Source: Paraspadella gotoi (taxonomy: Eukaryota > Animalia > Chaetognatha). From it: a DNA stretch of 64,000 nt. Under the pieces are notes generated by a model. It ran no database searches. It was not told the origin of the DNA and saw nothing but the letters and a program-made list of their open reading frames with translations. The DNA is taken from NCBI GenBank assembly GCA_051294375.1, contig CM119264.1, forward strand, positions 3,780,381 to 3,844,380. The letters are read 5' to 3'. Made by a program: the position numbers and the translations under genes. Below, in pieces: positions 13,101-27,289 of the stretch (the stretch's first letter is position 1; every line of letters starts with the position of its first letter).

Positions 13101-15651
13101 TTATGTATTGACAAACTTACAATCTGGTTTTATTTCCCGCATTAAAATGTCGTGACAATTGTAAAACTTCGGATGGGGGAAAAATTTAAAATACACATTA
13201 GCGAGAGAAGAAAATGTTTTATTATTTGCAGAATAAAAAACAACTTTAAACCTCCTTACAATTTTCTTTTCAGAGATTCAAATTAAGTCCGCAAAAAATT
13301 CAGATAGAAAAATGAAAAAATCAAACGATTATTCTTAAATTATGCATAAAAATATCATATAATTTATGCTTTGTGATAAGGCGCTAGTGAAAAATTAAAT
13401 TAACCCAAAAGTATTTTTAAAAAAAATAACACCATTTATTTTCACCAGCTAATTATTGCACACATAATAATAAAACAACCATCAATTGTGCTATTGTGAC
13501 ACAACAGTTTTCAGGGTAATGCATTTTGATCGTCATATATCCAGCGAAAAAAAAAGAAATAAAGGTATAAACAATTTAATTTAGTTAAAATAGGTATTGT
13601 TAAATGACTTTGTTTCATCCTTAAATCGAGAATGTAAATAATTCCTCTGATTTCTTTGTCTGATCAAAGAAAACAATTTTGATTTGATTTCCTGAGCTAC
13701 CAACTTTTCAACAAAAACCAACTGATTTTCCTGTCTAATCCATTGACTCGCAAAATTTTTTTCTCGTTTGTGTAAAAATCTCCGTCATAAGAAAAGCAAA
13801 TGAATGAAAATCGCGGGAAAACTTTTCGTGAAAATAATTAAAACTATATTTTTACTTGGTCGGATTGGGTTTTCGCGCCAAAACGTTTGCATCACGTGTG
13901 AAGCTTAATTTTGTATGTCCGTTTTTTCCCAAACATACGATTCCATGATAGACGCGGCTGATACTTAGGGGTTGGATCTGAAGAGAGGAGAAATCGCTTC
14001 CATCCCTCGACATTCCTTACTTCTTCTCCTATCGCTTCCATGCCTGACATTCCTTACTCTTCACTTTAATCGTCTCCATGCGTCGACATTCCTTACTTCA
14101 CTTATCGTCTTCCATCCCTCGAATTCTACTACTTCACCTATTCGTTTCCATGCCTTGACATTCCTTACTTCTTCATTCATTGGCCTTCCATGCGTCGACA
14201 TTTACCTTACTTCTTCACTTATCGTCTTCCATCCCTCAAACATTCCTTACTTCTTCATCTATCGTCTTCCATGCTTGACATTCCTATACTTCTTTCACCT
14301 TATCGTTCTTCCATGCCGTCGACATTCCTTACTCTTCCACTTATCGTCTTCATCCCTCGACATTCCTTAACTTCTTCACACTATCGTCTTCCATGCCTTG
14401 ACATTCTTTAACTTCTTACTTTCGTCTCCATGCGTCGAATTCCTTACTTTCTTCACTTATCGTCTTCCATCCCTCGACATTCCTTACTTCTTCACCATCG
14501 TCTTCCCATGCCTTGACATTCCTTACTCTTCATTCATGGCTTCCATGCGTCGACATTCTTACTTCTTCACTTATCGTCTTTCATGCCTGGACAATTCTTT
14601 ACTTTCTTTCATTCATTGGCTTACATCGTCGACAGTTCTATTTAATTTCATATTTTTCGTACTTTGGAAAATTAATTTTTATTCAATTGAATTTGTACAT
14701 TTTGAAAAGTCCTGTTTTTCGCCTTCGGAAAAACCGATTCTTTTTTTGCAAAAATAGCTCATTCATAATTTTTGCAAAATCCTTTTGGAAAAAGATATTT
14801 ATTATCTGTAGAGAAAATTTGTAGTGATTTTCGAGCACTATCCTTTTAACCACCTAATTAGTTCAAAGTTTATGATCGATGTAATAAAATAGTTTTTTTA
14901 TAATTTTCTAATTATTTAATTTTCAAATCTTTGCGTTAATTGATTTTTTGTTTACACAGTCAAACGACTCGCCTAATTGCTACCTGGCTTGAGTAAATAG
15001 TAGCATTTTTCATTAACTGGATGGACCAACAGAAGACGAAGCAGAATATAAAAATGAAACATGTTTTTTTCCTCATTTTAATTTCTCTGGTTGAGCTAAT
15101 GCATAAATTACAAGATAATCAACTAATTAACCAACACAATTTTACAATTGAAAAATATTTAGTTAAACAAGTCAACGAATCCAAAAACATTAAGTATTTA
15201 AAATATTCCAGTATCATAAAAATAAGAAACTCACAAAAAATAATTTTTGGCTTGAACAAATCAAACAAAATAATTAATATATTTATGAATAATAAGATTA
15301 TATAAGAAATGATATTTTTCAAATTTAAACTCAATGTAGAAATTTTTTACTCTAAAACCAAAAAAAAATGAAAGTAAACAGTGAGGCGTAAATTGTAAAA
15401 GGTTGAAAGTTCCGGGGAAAGGAGAAATAAAAGAATTAATAAATGAAGGGGACAAGATCCCAAAAAAAAAATGGCTGCTAACGGAGACGAAAGAGGAGAG
15501 AAGAGAGAGAGAGAAGAGAGGAGAGAGATAGAGAGAGAGAGCCTTTAAAACCATTTTGAGATGGCATCTCTGAGGTGGAATTCTATGCTCTCTTCGAATC
15601 CCGTCACCCGATGAAATGAAGTCGGCGTTTAACATGTTTTCTGAGAGAGAG

Positions 15652-15686
<35 letters not shown>

Positions 15687-18600
15687 GAGAGAAGAGAGAG
15701 GAGAGGAGAGAGAGAGAGAGAGAGAGAGAAAAAAAAATATGGTTAAAGTAAAATGACAAGAAAAAAAGATTCTCAGAAAAAATTTTTATGAAAAAATTAT
15801 AGCACACATTATTTGGTACGTATATTTTAATTTTTAGGTAATTTGGTTGTACCTGATGAGTCCTCCCATCCAATTTTTCGCAAGACTTTTTTCTGGTCAA
15901 TCCGATCTGCATGAAAGCCTGAATTGACGCAGAATGACCGTCGACCCAGGGCAAGTGATGATTACGAAGATGTAAAGGAGAAGCGATCTGAATATTAAAA
16001 AATTAATTTAGAAATATTTTGAATATTTAGAAAGAAAACAGGGCGTAGGTATCTAAATATCATAAACAATTATTGAATCTCAGATAGATTAACATTAAAT
16101 GAAATACAATAATTTAAAAATTTACGAAAACGGATTAGAAATATAAAGAAATGATTATTTCTTTAGAAAAGAGGACAAAATAGATGGGAGTAAAACCTTA
16201 TTTGAAACCAAGGAAAAGATTTAAAAAGATAAATACGAAAGATCTTGAGCAGAAATCCGATATGAATACTAAAAAATAAAATAAATAAATATGAACCTAA
16301 AATATAATATTTCCCGTCTCGATCTCACTGCACTGTCAAGAAAAAAAAGAATAAAAAAAGCCCGATGTTCTTTTGTTTTCAATTTTAGATAATCAACTAG
16401 AAGTAGTTGTATCAAAGATGGATTCAGATTTTCAAAAAACGTTCACACAAGTGATCACATACTATATATATACTTTAATTTAAAACACCTTTTATTCAGA
16501 TTTTGAAATTTCACAACATGAGAGATCCCGGTCGATTTTTCATCTGGCTCCTAAATTATGGCAAATTAAGCTTACGATCGAATTTGTCAGATAACGATGA
16601 CGCTCTTATTCGGCGTAAAGTTTTTAAACGTTTTAATTATTGTAATATAATAAATATTGAATATTATAGTTTTTTAGAATATATATTTTATAAATATAAT
16701 AATTTATAGTTTTATACTAATATAAATAGACAAATAGCAATTAAATGAGATCCTTGAATGCTTCTTTTCTTACCAAAAATGAGAATTCAAAGAGATTTTT
16801 ACATAAAATAAAATAATTAACATATTTTGCTTGTTTAAGTTCCTTATTACATATAATATAATATAAATTGTATTATAAATTGTATAATTCATTCGTTTAA
16901 GTTACTAATTATACGTGCTTTAATTAAATGGTAAATCTTGATAACAAAGATAAAATAACCAATAAAAGTAAAATTTAAAAAAAAATAATAATACTAATAT
17001 TAAATATTAGTATTTAATAATTTAATAATAATATGAATTAAAAAAAATTATTTTAAAAATTACTGCAAAGAAAGAATTTAAATTATTTTAAATTATTAAA
17101 TGAATATTTTTTTCTTATATTTTTTAAAGTAATTTTTAGTCCAAGCTAGGTTCCATTAGGATTGTACCCACTTAGGAATAGGTGGAAATTCAACTGTGGG
17201 CGGAATACTGATCGGGTGCAATTTTGTATGTGGGCCCGAATGGTACATGGGTGCAATCCTAGGGGGCGCAATTTTTATGGCCCAATAATACGTGGGCACA
17301 ATCTCTACCCCACACCGTTATATACATATAGATAAGTGAAAAGGATCCATTCAATATCATAATCAATGATTTAGTATAATTTATGTTTGAAATGATCAGG
17401 AAGAAAGATTAATTACAATCTAATAAATATTACTAAAAATTGAATAGCATACATAGATTGGAACGATTGGATCCTTTTTGTGTTTAGGCCAACATTGAAC
17501 CGGACTCATTTTTTGATAATGGTATAATAACTGTCCTCTATTAATTTGTTTTAATTTTCTGAATCATAATAAACTACTTTCATTATAAAGAAAAACAGAG
17601 AACTTTTGAGAGGGAAAACTAAACTTCCAAGATTTAAAGAATTTGCTTTTGTTTTATAAGTTTTTAAATCAAAACAATGTCATTAATTAATAAAATTGAA
17701 TCAAACCTATGTATGGTAAATAATGAAGATTGCTTTTGTTAATTCTTCCAATCAACGCAGAATTTGAAAAAAGATGAGTAAACAAATACGATAAAAACAA
17801 TATGATAATATGATAAATTTTAAATTGTAACAACAACGAATGAAGGCTAACAATTAGTTCGAAAATGTCCATTTTTATGTAAAACATTATGTCGTTATTG
17901 TTTTAACGCATTAAAAAGTTTTAATTTCGTCTCTAAATCAGACCAACAAATGAAAATAATATTAATACAATGACTAAAAACTAAAAAAAATCTGAGATAT
18001 TTTTATAATTGAAAAAAAGTTTGACTAATGGATGCTCAAACCCTCATTCATCCTTAATTATTGGCCGAGTTATAGTTTTATAAAAATGAAACTACAGTAC
18101 AATAGGAAAATGACCTTTCATAAATAATAATAATAGTTTTAAGAAGAAGGGGATAAAATTGTAATCAAATCATATCCGTTTAAAGCAATTTATGTTTTTT
18201 GTATAAATATTGTCATTGTTAAAAAATTTCATCTTTAATTAAATATTTAATTATATTTATTGTTATTTATCATTTACTATAATAGAATCATATTTTATAT
18301 TAATTTCTCTTTTAAATATATGTTCAGACTGAATTTTCAGTACAGCAAAACAAAAAATAGCGATTAATTTCTAAAATGTTTCCTATAAAAAACAGAAAAA
18401 ACTATTAAAAATCACAACATGCAGCACTAAAAAACTTATAAAATTATTAAGCATTAATGAAATTATTAATAAAACATAGAAAAATATTATTAATAATACA
18501 TATGTTATTAAAAAAAAAACTAAACTCACGTCGATTTCACAGGAAAAGATGCTCCTTTTTATGAAAAATTCGCAGAATATCCGCCAGGTCGCTAGTATCT

Positions 18601-20682
18601 TTTGTTCTTTTGACCCGGCTTGACCGGATCTTTAAACATAAAAAGATACGAAATGACGTAATTGATCTCGGGATCTCTTATGTTCGATGCATTAAACTAA
18701 AATATTTTTATACGAAAATTATTTATATATACGTCTGATTAAGTGTGCAAACGTTTTTTATGAAACTCGGATGTCTGTATATACTAACTTTTGGTCTACT
18801 AGAAAGATATCACTTTCGTCCTCAAGTGGCCAACTTTAAAAAATTAAAGATGACAACGAATAAGTAATGTTTGAACAGTAGAAACTAAGACAGAGAAGAG
18901 AGATAGAAGAGAGCAAAGAGAGAGAGAGAGCGAGAGAAGAGAGAGAGAGAGAGACGACTGATGAGAGACGAGAGAGAGAGAGGAGAGAGACAGAGAGAGA
19001 AGAGTTGCAAGAACGCAAGTGGCTGTTGAAAAAACACCGCGAAAAGAGACGGATGTCACTGTCGACAAAGAAGGTTAAAGCCAAAAACAGCATTAAAAAA
19101 GAAATAATAAATATTAAACAAATTAAAATAGCATGATTTGTTTCGGTCTCGATTAATATCGGATTTTTTAAAATTTAATTAGCTCCTTCACAATTATCTG
19201 TCCTGACGAAATAAAAAAAAAAATTCAAACGATTTAGTGCTGTTTTATTGTTTATCTTTTATTTTAAGTTTTAAAAACAATTTTTTTTTTAAGTGAAGGT
19301 TTTCTAAATACTCCTCACCACAGTATAGAGCTAATTGTGATCATTGTCAAAACCATTTATAAACATAAAAATATTATTTATTTTCGTTCTGTAATTGGTG
19401 ACATTAAAAATATTTTATTTTTGCTTGAATTGTAAACTGTACAATTTATGCGTTTATCTGTAATGCCTGTATCCCTTTGAAAATGTAACTGTTTCAACTA
19501 ATGTTGTAAACGAATAAAACACATATATATTGAATTGTGAAAAACATAAAGTGGACTGGAGGGAGTTAATGATTAAAAGCTAACCCGGCCTTCTACACGT
19601 TGACTATTATGTAATATGGACGAGAGGCCTAACCGAAGTCAGAGGATAAGATAGCTTATTATTAAATCAATAGATAATCTACTATATTGGTTGTACCATT
19701 TTACGTAAAGAAACTTCGTCCCAAGTGAAAATCAAAAACGAAAAGGTTTTAAAATCAATAACTAATAATTATTTGTCACGCTTTCATGTCAGATTCGATT
19801 GACGTGTGGGAAATCTCCCCAGTGTCAAAAACAACCGCAGCCGCTATGATGCCCGAATTTGAAAACAAAAAAAAAAACATTTGGCGATAGATAAGAGTAA
19901 TTACCAGAAGACATGAGATCGGTCATACAATGGCTCCCTCTACGAATATAATCATTTCTGGTCTTCATACTCATTGTTCTCCGCCACTTTTTGACTTCGC
20001 TTTTGCTAAAATAATTCCATCCACGGGTCCTCTCTTCTCCCTTTCCCCACGACGCCAAGCCATGCCAATGCTATCCTTGCATCGCCAATGCCTCGCCGGG
20101 TCGCTTTCTCCGCCGATTCCGCCTTCGACTCGGCAACGTCCTCCACCGCCTCTTCCTCCTCTTCTTCCTCCTCATCATCCTCCTCCTCTTCCGTTCTCTT
20201 CCTCCTCACGTAGTCGTGGATCGCGTCGCCTCCACAGCAGCAACGACGCCGTCGCCGCCGAAATGCGGCGTCGCGCGACGACGCTGCGGGAGACGTGCAG
20301 GCGCCACGGACTCGACGGCGAGGGCGTCAAAGCCATGGGAATTTTCTCGTCGATCGACTGCCGCAAGATGGCGATGGTGCAAACGTCTTCAAATCGGCGT
20401 CGAGTCATTGGATGTACATCTTCAATCTTTTTCGCGGGATAATCTCCAAGGAAATTTGGAAGGAACGAAAGAAGTGAGGGTTTCGAAGTTGGAGTTCGTC
20501 GATGTCTTCCATGTCTGTCCTGTTCTGTCGTGTCTGTATTTCCTTTTCTTTCTTTCTTTTCTTTCTTTTCTCTTTCTTTCTTTTCTTCTTTCTTTTCTTC
20601 TTTCTTTCTTTCTGTTCTTTTTTTCTTTCTTCTTTTTTCTTTCTCTTTTTTCTTCTAATCTATTCAATCAATTCAACTCAAT

Positions 20683-20717
<35 letters not shown>

Positions 20718-20753
20718 CTCTATCGTCTCTCTTCTCTCTCTCTCCCCTCTCTC

Positions 20754-20788
<35 letters not shown>

Positions 20789-23700
20789 CTCTCTCTCTCG
20801 TCTCTCTCCCTCTCCCCCTTTCGCCCTCAGAACTTCCTCCACTGGCTGCCGTCAACACTAACGGACGCCCCAAACCGTCTCGAACTCAACNNNNNNNNNN
20901 NNNNNNNNNNNNNNNACTTCGTCCGCAAGTGAAAAATCAAAAACGAAAAGTATTTAAAAATCAATAACTAATAATTATTTGTCACGCTTTTCATGTCAGA
21001 TTCGATTGACCGTCGTGGGAAAATCTCCCCAGTGTCAAAAACAACCGCAGCCGCTATGATGCCGATTAAACAAAAAACATTTGGCGATAGATGAAGAGTA
21101 ATTAAGCTCTGCTTACAATCTCGCATTCAGATAAAAAAAACTAGTTTTCTCGATACTGTTCAGTTACTGTATAGAACAAAATAAATTTACTTGTAAATTG
21201 CCCCCATAATATAAATTAGGCCAAAATATGGCATTAGTTAAAACATTCTCCAGCTATTTCATATCAATCATAGTAAGAGTAACATTTTTGCAACTTTTAG
21301 GGAAAAAAAATCATGGTCCATTTTTGTCTCCATTGTGTCGACTTTCGTCTTCAAATCTGAATGCCAAGGAAAGTTGAGAAAATTTTTTTATTTTGTAATC
21401 CTTTCTTCCTTATCTTCTTCACCTGGTAAAATATTTCCTGTATATCATGCATAGTTTCACTTATGCATTAATTTGAAAGTTGAACAAGTCAAAAAGTCGC
21501 AGAGTTTTAGTTTTATTATATTTTATTAACAAAAATAGTTTAAATGGCTTAAACTAACAAGAAATATATACCCACAGAATAAGGCTTTTAACACCTACAA
21601 AATTATCAAAAAATACTCATTTCGTTTAAGCCATAGCATATTTTTAAAGACGACAATTTAATTTGTTGACTTTTTGTGACTTTGCATTTTATTTCTTTAC
21701 TAAAGATAAGTGATTTTAAATTCTATTTTATAGTTTTTAACGTTCAGGAACATATGTGTTAATAAAACAAAACAAACCGGCATCCCTTTAACACCAATGG
21801 CAAAGCGTCAGGACTTGGTACCCGCTAGCAATTTTCTCAAAAACTCGACAGATTTGCGGAAATATTTCGGCAAAAGCTGTCGATTTACCTAAAATTTGCC
21901 AGCAACGCAACAATTGATAAGAAACACTATGAGATACCGTAAATTTTCTTTTCTTATACCCCGATGGATTTATAAAAAATTCTTTTGATTGTGCTGCAAT
22001 GTGAACACAGAAAAGTAGTGGGATGGGATGCCATGAAAGGTACGAGAACAGAGAAAGCAGAGGGATGATGAGAATGGAGAGAAAGGTGGGAAAAGCAATA
22101 AAAAAGAGGCAAGGAAAAATAATGAGATTAAAGGAAAGGCGGAAAAAGAAGGGAAAAATGGAAAAGAAAAAGAGGGAAAAGAGGGGAAAGAAAGAGAAGA
22201 GAGAAGGCAATAAAAAAGGATATAAAGGAATGAAATAGTTATCCTCTCTCACTCAACTCCGTCACGTCCGACCCCGAAGCGGTCTCCATGATCATCGGAC
22301 GTCATCCCCTGGAACGCCTCGTCAGCGCCTACAAGGACAAGATCCTCAAAGCAGCCAAAGGCTCGGTCCACGCCAAGTTGCGGAATGAAATTAAGAGGCG
22401 GTGAGTCTGATTATTGACTTGTGATCGGACAGTCTGGTGTTTGGTGATTAACAGATATGGACCATTAAATAAAAATGGTGCAAATCCAGTCAACGATGAA
22501 GAGAAAATGCCAGCACGTGAAATCCTCGTTAAAATTAAATCATAAAACTTTTTCATACTGAAAATTGTTTACGTATTTCTTTTCTGAGCATTTTTATTTG
22601 AGATTTTTTTATTATTGGTTTTTTTTTCTTCAAAAAACTATATTCGTCTTAGTATTTCTAGCTTTTTTTTCATTTTTCTATGAATCTAACTTAGATTTTT
22701 TGGGGTTTTATTTCTTACAACTTTTTTTTCGTAATATTTTTTATCGATTATGACCGAATGATGGAAAAGTATTTGTTGGAAGCCGCTTTGATCTCAGTCG
22801 GTTTGGCCTCAGGTTTCAAAACGAGAGGCTGGTAAGAAACAAAAATCGCCATCACTTCGCTGACCAAAAAAAAAATGCCGTTTAATGTCTATTGTCCAAG
22901 GTTCGACGATCGCTTTTCGGTTTTCGTCGAATCCAACGGAAAAGTGAAAAGATATCACATGATCTTTGAGGTGAAGTATAGGACGTTAAAAGTTTTCGAG
23001 ATACAAGCTTGACTGGCAAGCTTTTTAAAGTGCATTGATTGTTTCCAAAAAAACAAAAAAAAAGAAACAACGCGAAACAAAGGAGATGAAAAATAAAACA
23101 CGGGAGACGAAACAAATTCCAGAAACGCAGCAGTTGTGAAGGAAAGGTTGGTGGGACTCATAAATGTTGTTGTCACTCATCCTTTCACAGCCTTAAGGGG
23201 AATCGTGAGGGTTGAAACAAAAAAACTAAAAAGGATATAAGTAATTGATTGATTTATCGGGTGTTTATGTGACTTGATTGTTCGATTAATTTGTTTAATT
23301 GTTTGAAATTAATGATTTGGTTGATCTGAAGNNNNNNNNNNNNNNNNNNNNNNNNNAAAGAGAGAGATATTAATGGTTTGGAGTGATTATTGGCTTGAAC
23401 CGAGGAAGGAGCAAGATTGTTTTTTTTTAGTGCGTGAGTTGACATTGGCTAATGCAGGGCTGGTTTAAGGTCCGGGATTCACTCAATTCAAATTATATAT
23501 TAGGCCTAAACCGAGCTCGGATTTTGAAAGGAGACTCGCTGACGATTCCGAAATATATTCACTTTACTATTTTTTAAAGGCGGTTTATCGTTTTTTTCGA
23601 TTTTTTTGTACTATAATTAAATAAAGAACCTATTTGAGAGTTGCAGCAAATCGGTAAGGCGGGTTCTCATGAAATTGGCATGGATTACTTTTTAGGCTCA

Positions 23701-26700
23701 AAACTTCCAGATTCTATGATAAGTACTTTCAAAATTTGCCTTCCTTCATAGACAATTGGATATTTCTTAGTCAATTTTTGGATAAATTCCCTTGATATCC
23801 TTGAAAGAAAAACATTTTTCAAAAACGCAAACAAAAAAAAAAAAAAAACAAAAAAAAAGACAAGACTCATTAAGAATATACACATATATATATATACATT
23901 GCCAAGATCATTTTTCCTTCAGAGAATCACTGTGGTTTGAGCTGCAACTCTTCGTTTTAACTTCACTTTGTCAAGAAGTTAATTCTGTATCTCATTACTT
24001 TTGCAAGATTCACAACAACATACACAAGCATGGGATGTGAAATGATGGAGTTTGTTCTAATGCGATGTCTTTAAAAAATGGCTTACTGTTTTTATATTTT
24101 GTTAAATTCAGATTTGATTTTTTTTCAAGATTTCCTAGAAAATAGTGGCAACTATTTTTATATTACATTTACATAAAAGTAAAAGTCAAATAAATAAATT
24201 CCGATAAGTTTTTTTAACTCATAAAACTCTATAAACTCATAAAAGCATAAAAACCCATATGAAAAATGTGTAGAGAAGTTTGTTTTAGACTTATTAGTGA
24301 TACACATCCAGTATGGACTTTTACCAAAGGAAGAATTAAATAAAGAAGTAGAAATTGAGCTTACTGTAAAGAATCAGTTTTAAGTTAAAATTTGGTTGTA
24401 GAAATTAGCTTACATTTAAAAAAATATTTTTCTCTTTGAAAATCTAGTTTTTACCGAGAAAAAAATTTGTTAAATTTTTTGAACATTTTAGGTAGATTTT
24501 TAAAAGTTTTCGATTATTTTTTGATAGAAAACCTCTTACAAGATGTGATAAAATGATTAAGATACAGTAAATTAAGATTTCTACAATATAGGTTGAGTGA
24601 TCCCTGGCCTTAAGGCCTTGGTCAGTTTTTTTCTCATCCTTTTTCAACGATAACCTTGAGGTAAGCTGTAATAATGATTCAATAAAATCGTCGCATTTTT
24701 GTCGGATATCAAAGACAACGACTCTTGAGGTCACCAATTAACCGGTCTTTACCCCTCTCGCTCTAGACGACTCTTGAGGTCACCAATTAACCGGTCTTCA
24801 CCCCTCTCTCCCACTAGATGGAGACCCTGGACCGCGACACTGACTACGTCCTTCGCCTGGCCGGCGTCACCGACCTCCGTTGGACCGACGCCAACGCGCG
24901 ACGCCGCAACGCCTCTGGCGGGAACACGCGGGCACAGACGAAATGCGCGTTGAGGGAACTGGGCGGCGACCTCTACCGAAAGATCGTCGACATGTTCCGG
25001 TTAGACTTTGAACTCTTTGGCTACGAGGTCACGCCTTATGGAGATCTCTGACGGCAGCAGAGCAGAGCAGCGGCGGCGGCTGCGACAGCTGCGGCGGCGG
25101 CGGAGTTGGGAGGGGAAGAGGAGGCGGTAGTCCTTTTGTTTTTTTGTTTTTTTTTTATAATATTTCTCGATTGAGAATTTGGAATATTTTTACATTTTTT
25201 TTTAAATTAATTTTATTTATATTAATCTAATAAAGTGTGTAATTTTCTTTGTCTCAGTTTGTATTTTATTTAAAAACTATTATAGAAAATATATATGCAA
25301 AATAGTAGATAACTCGCACTATGATATGTTTGCGGGACGTTTTAACATGGTCGCTTCACCGCGGTCACCGCTCCACTAATTAGGTCACCGCTCACCGGTC
25401 ACCGCTCCACTGATTAGGAGGTCAAATGAAATATAAAAAAAATAAAATACGAAAAAAAAGAAAATAGAATAAGATAAAGTAAACGAATCAGGGCCGTGAT
25501 CAAGTATTGATTGACCTTTTTTTAAGTGATTGACTCACCAAAGACGAGAGCGATGTATTTCCAATCTTCTATGATGTTGTTGAAATTATCAGAATCCATG
25601 AGGTTTGAGGCGACAAATCTGTGACAGAAAATATTATCTTCGTTGTCATCATCGTTGTCATCATCGTCAACGTGGTTATCATCATCAACATCGTCGAATT
25701 TATCGTCATCATTATCCCTAACATCATCATCATCATCATCATTATTATTATTATCATCACCATCGTAATCATTATCTTCATTATCATCATCATCATCATC
25801 AATCAACATCATCAATCATAAATCATCAATCATCGTCATCATCATCATCAATCATCAATCATTATCATCATCATCATCATCATCATCACCATCATCATCA
25901 TCTTCATCATCAATCATCATCATCATCACCATCATCACCATCATCATCATCATCACCTAAGATTCTCCTCCGCGTTGACGAACTCTTTCGGATACACAAC
26001 GTTCGTCGTCGCTGTCGTCGTCGTCGTCGTCGTCGTCGACGTCTTCATGGGATCCTCGCGATAACTTCCGGTGAGCGGGACGTTGCGCAGGCGGAGGAGA
26101 GAGTTGGACCCTTTGTTGTTGTTGTAGGACGTGAGGGTTAGGAGACTACGACTCGCTACAACAACAACAACAACTATGACAACCATCACAACAAAAAAGT
26201 ATAACTACAAATTTTTAACTTAAGTTAAACACTTAAATTAATTTTTTTTACGACTGGCTGTCATCAGAAAACGTCAACTGCGAAACACAACACAGAGCAA
26301 CACCAACTACAATAATAAAAACAACATCAACATGAAACAACAGAACATCAACAACGTTTCCCGCCAACATCGTCTCTATCTCGTCACCGTTTGGCGTCAC
26401 GCCACCGAATTCGTCTTTTTCGATGAAGAAGTCTGACCAGTTTCGTCCCGGGCTCCCGACGTCTGCCCAGATCCCGAGATCTGCCGTGCTCTGCTTCTTC
26501 ACCGGAGTTCCGTGACCCATTGGTTTGGTCAGGCTGGAGTCAAAAGGTGAGAGGGAGATGTCTTGATCTTGGTGATCACATTAAATCGCAAGATATTCCA
26601 TGTGGATCACTTAATCCAAAATTCCTGACTCTCCCCCCTCCTCTTCCCCCTTCGCCCCCTCCCCCCCCCTTCCCCGATGAACCTGGCGCTGAGCGAATCG

Positions 26701-27143
26701 TGGTCGAGATCCTCAAACCGGCCGCCGCCTTTCCTTGATCCGGGCGTCGGGTCGGGCGGACGCTTGAAGAAGATCAGTTTGGGGACCCAGAGGAGAAAGA
26801 GGCGTTTCACCCAGTAGGGCATCATCTGGATGATGAGTCGTGGTCAGGAGAGATAAAGTTAAACGAATGTCTGAGATTAAAATTAAAAAGAGAATCTTTA
26901 CCTCGAAACTCGGGCTTCTAAGGTTGTAGTTAATGATGATTACCGTGTAGACGACTGCCGGAATGAGAGAGATAGTAATAGATAATTGTACAATGTACAT
27001 GGACCTAGGTTACCTTCTGCAAGAAGGACCTATAAGGTAACAGTGGGTCCGTTCATTTAAATTTCTTTAAAAGGTTTTACAGTTGAAAAGTCTACCAATC
27101 AATTATTGCAAAGTAGAAGAGAGAGAGAGAGAGAGAGGAGAGA

Positions 27144-27194
<51 letters not shown>

Positions 27195-27256
27195 TTATTT
27201 TCTAAGAAATCAAATCTCTACCACAAACGTAGATCCCACCATGAGAGAGAAGAGAA

Positions 27257-27289
<33 letters not shown>

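Noticed and set aside
13972-14757. 39-bp tandem array as a CRISPR array or repeat protein
   Set aside because: The units are contiguous with no unique spacers and no cas genes, in a eukaryotic context. The ORFs are a by-product of the 39-bp period.
19930-20480. Programmed frameshifting or pseudogenisation in CHST and SOCS exons
   Set aside because: The frameshifts fall in segments with pervasive single-base indels, so sequencing error is the simpler explanation.
20916-21105. Direct repeat of 19713-19905 as LTRs flanking CHST exons
   Set aside because: It begins exactly at a 25-N gap, differs only by indels and has no TG..CA or PBS. An assembly overlap is more likely.
25522-25821. Poly-D, poly-M and poly-I ORFs
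   Set aside because: These come from the intronic (ATC)n repeat. Only ~25538-25617 is a real nAChR exon.
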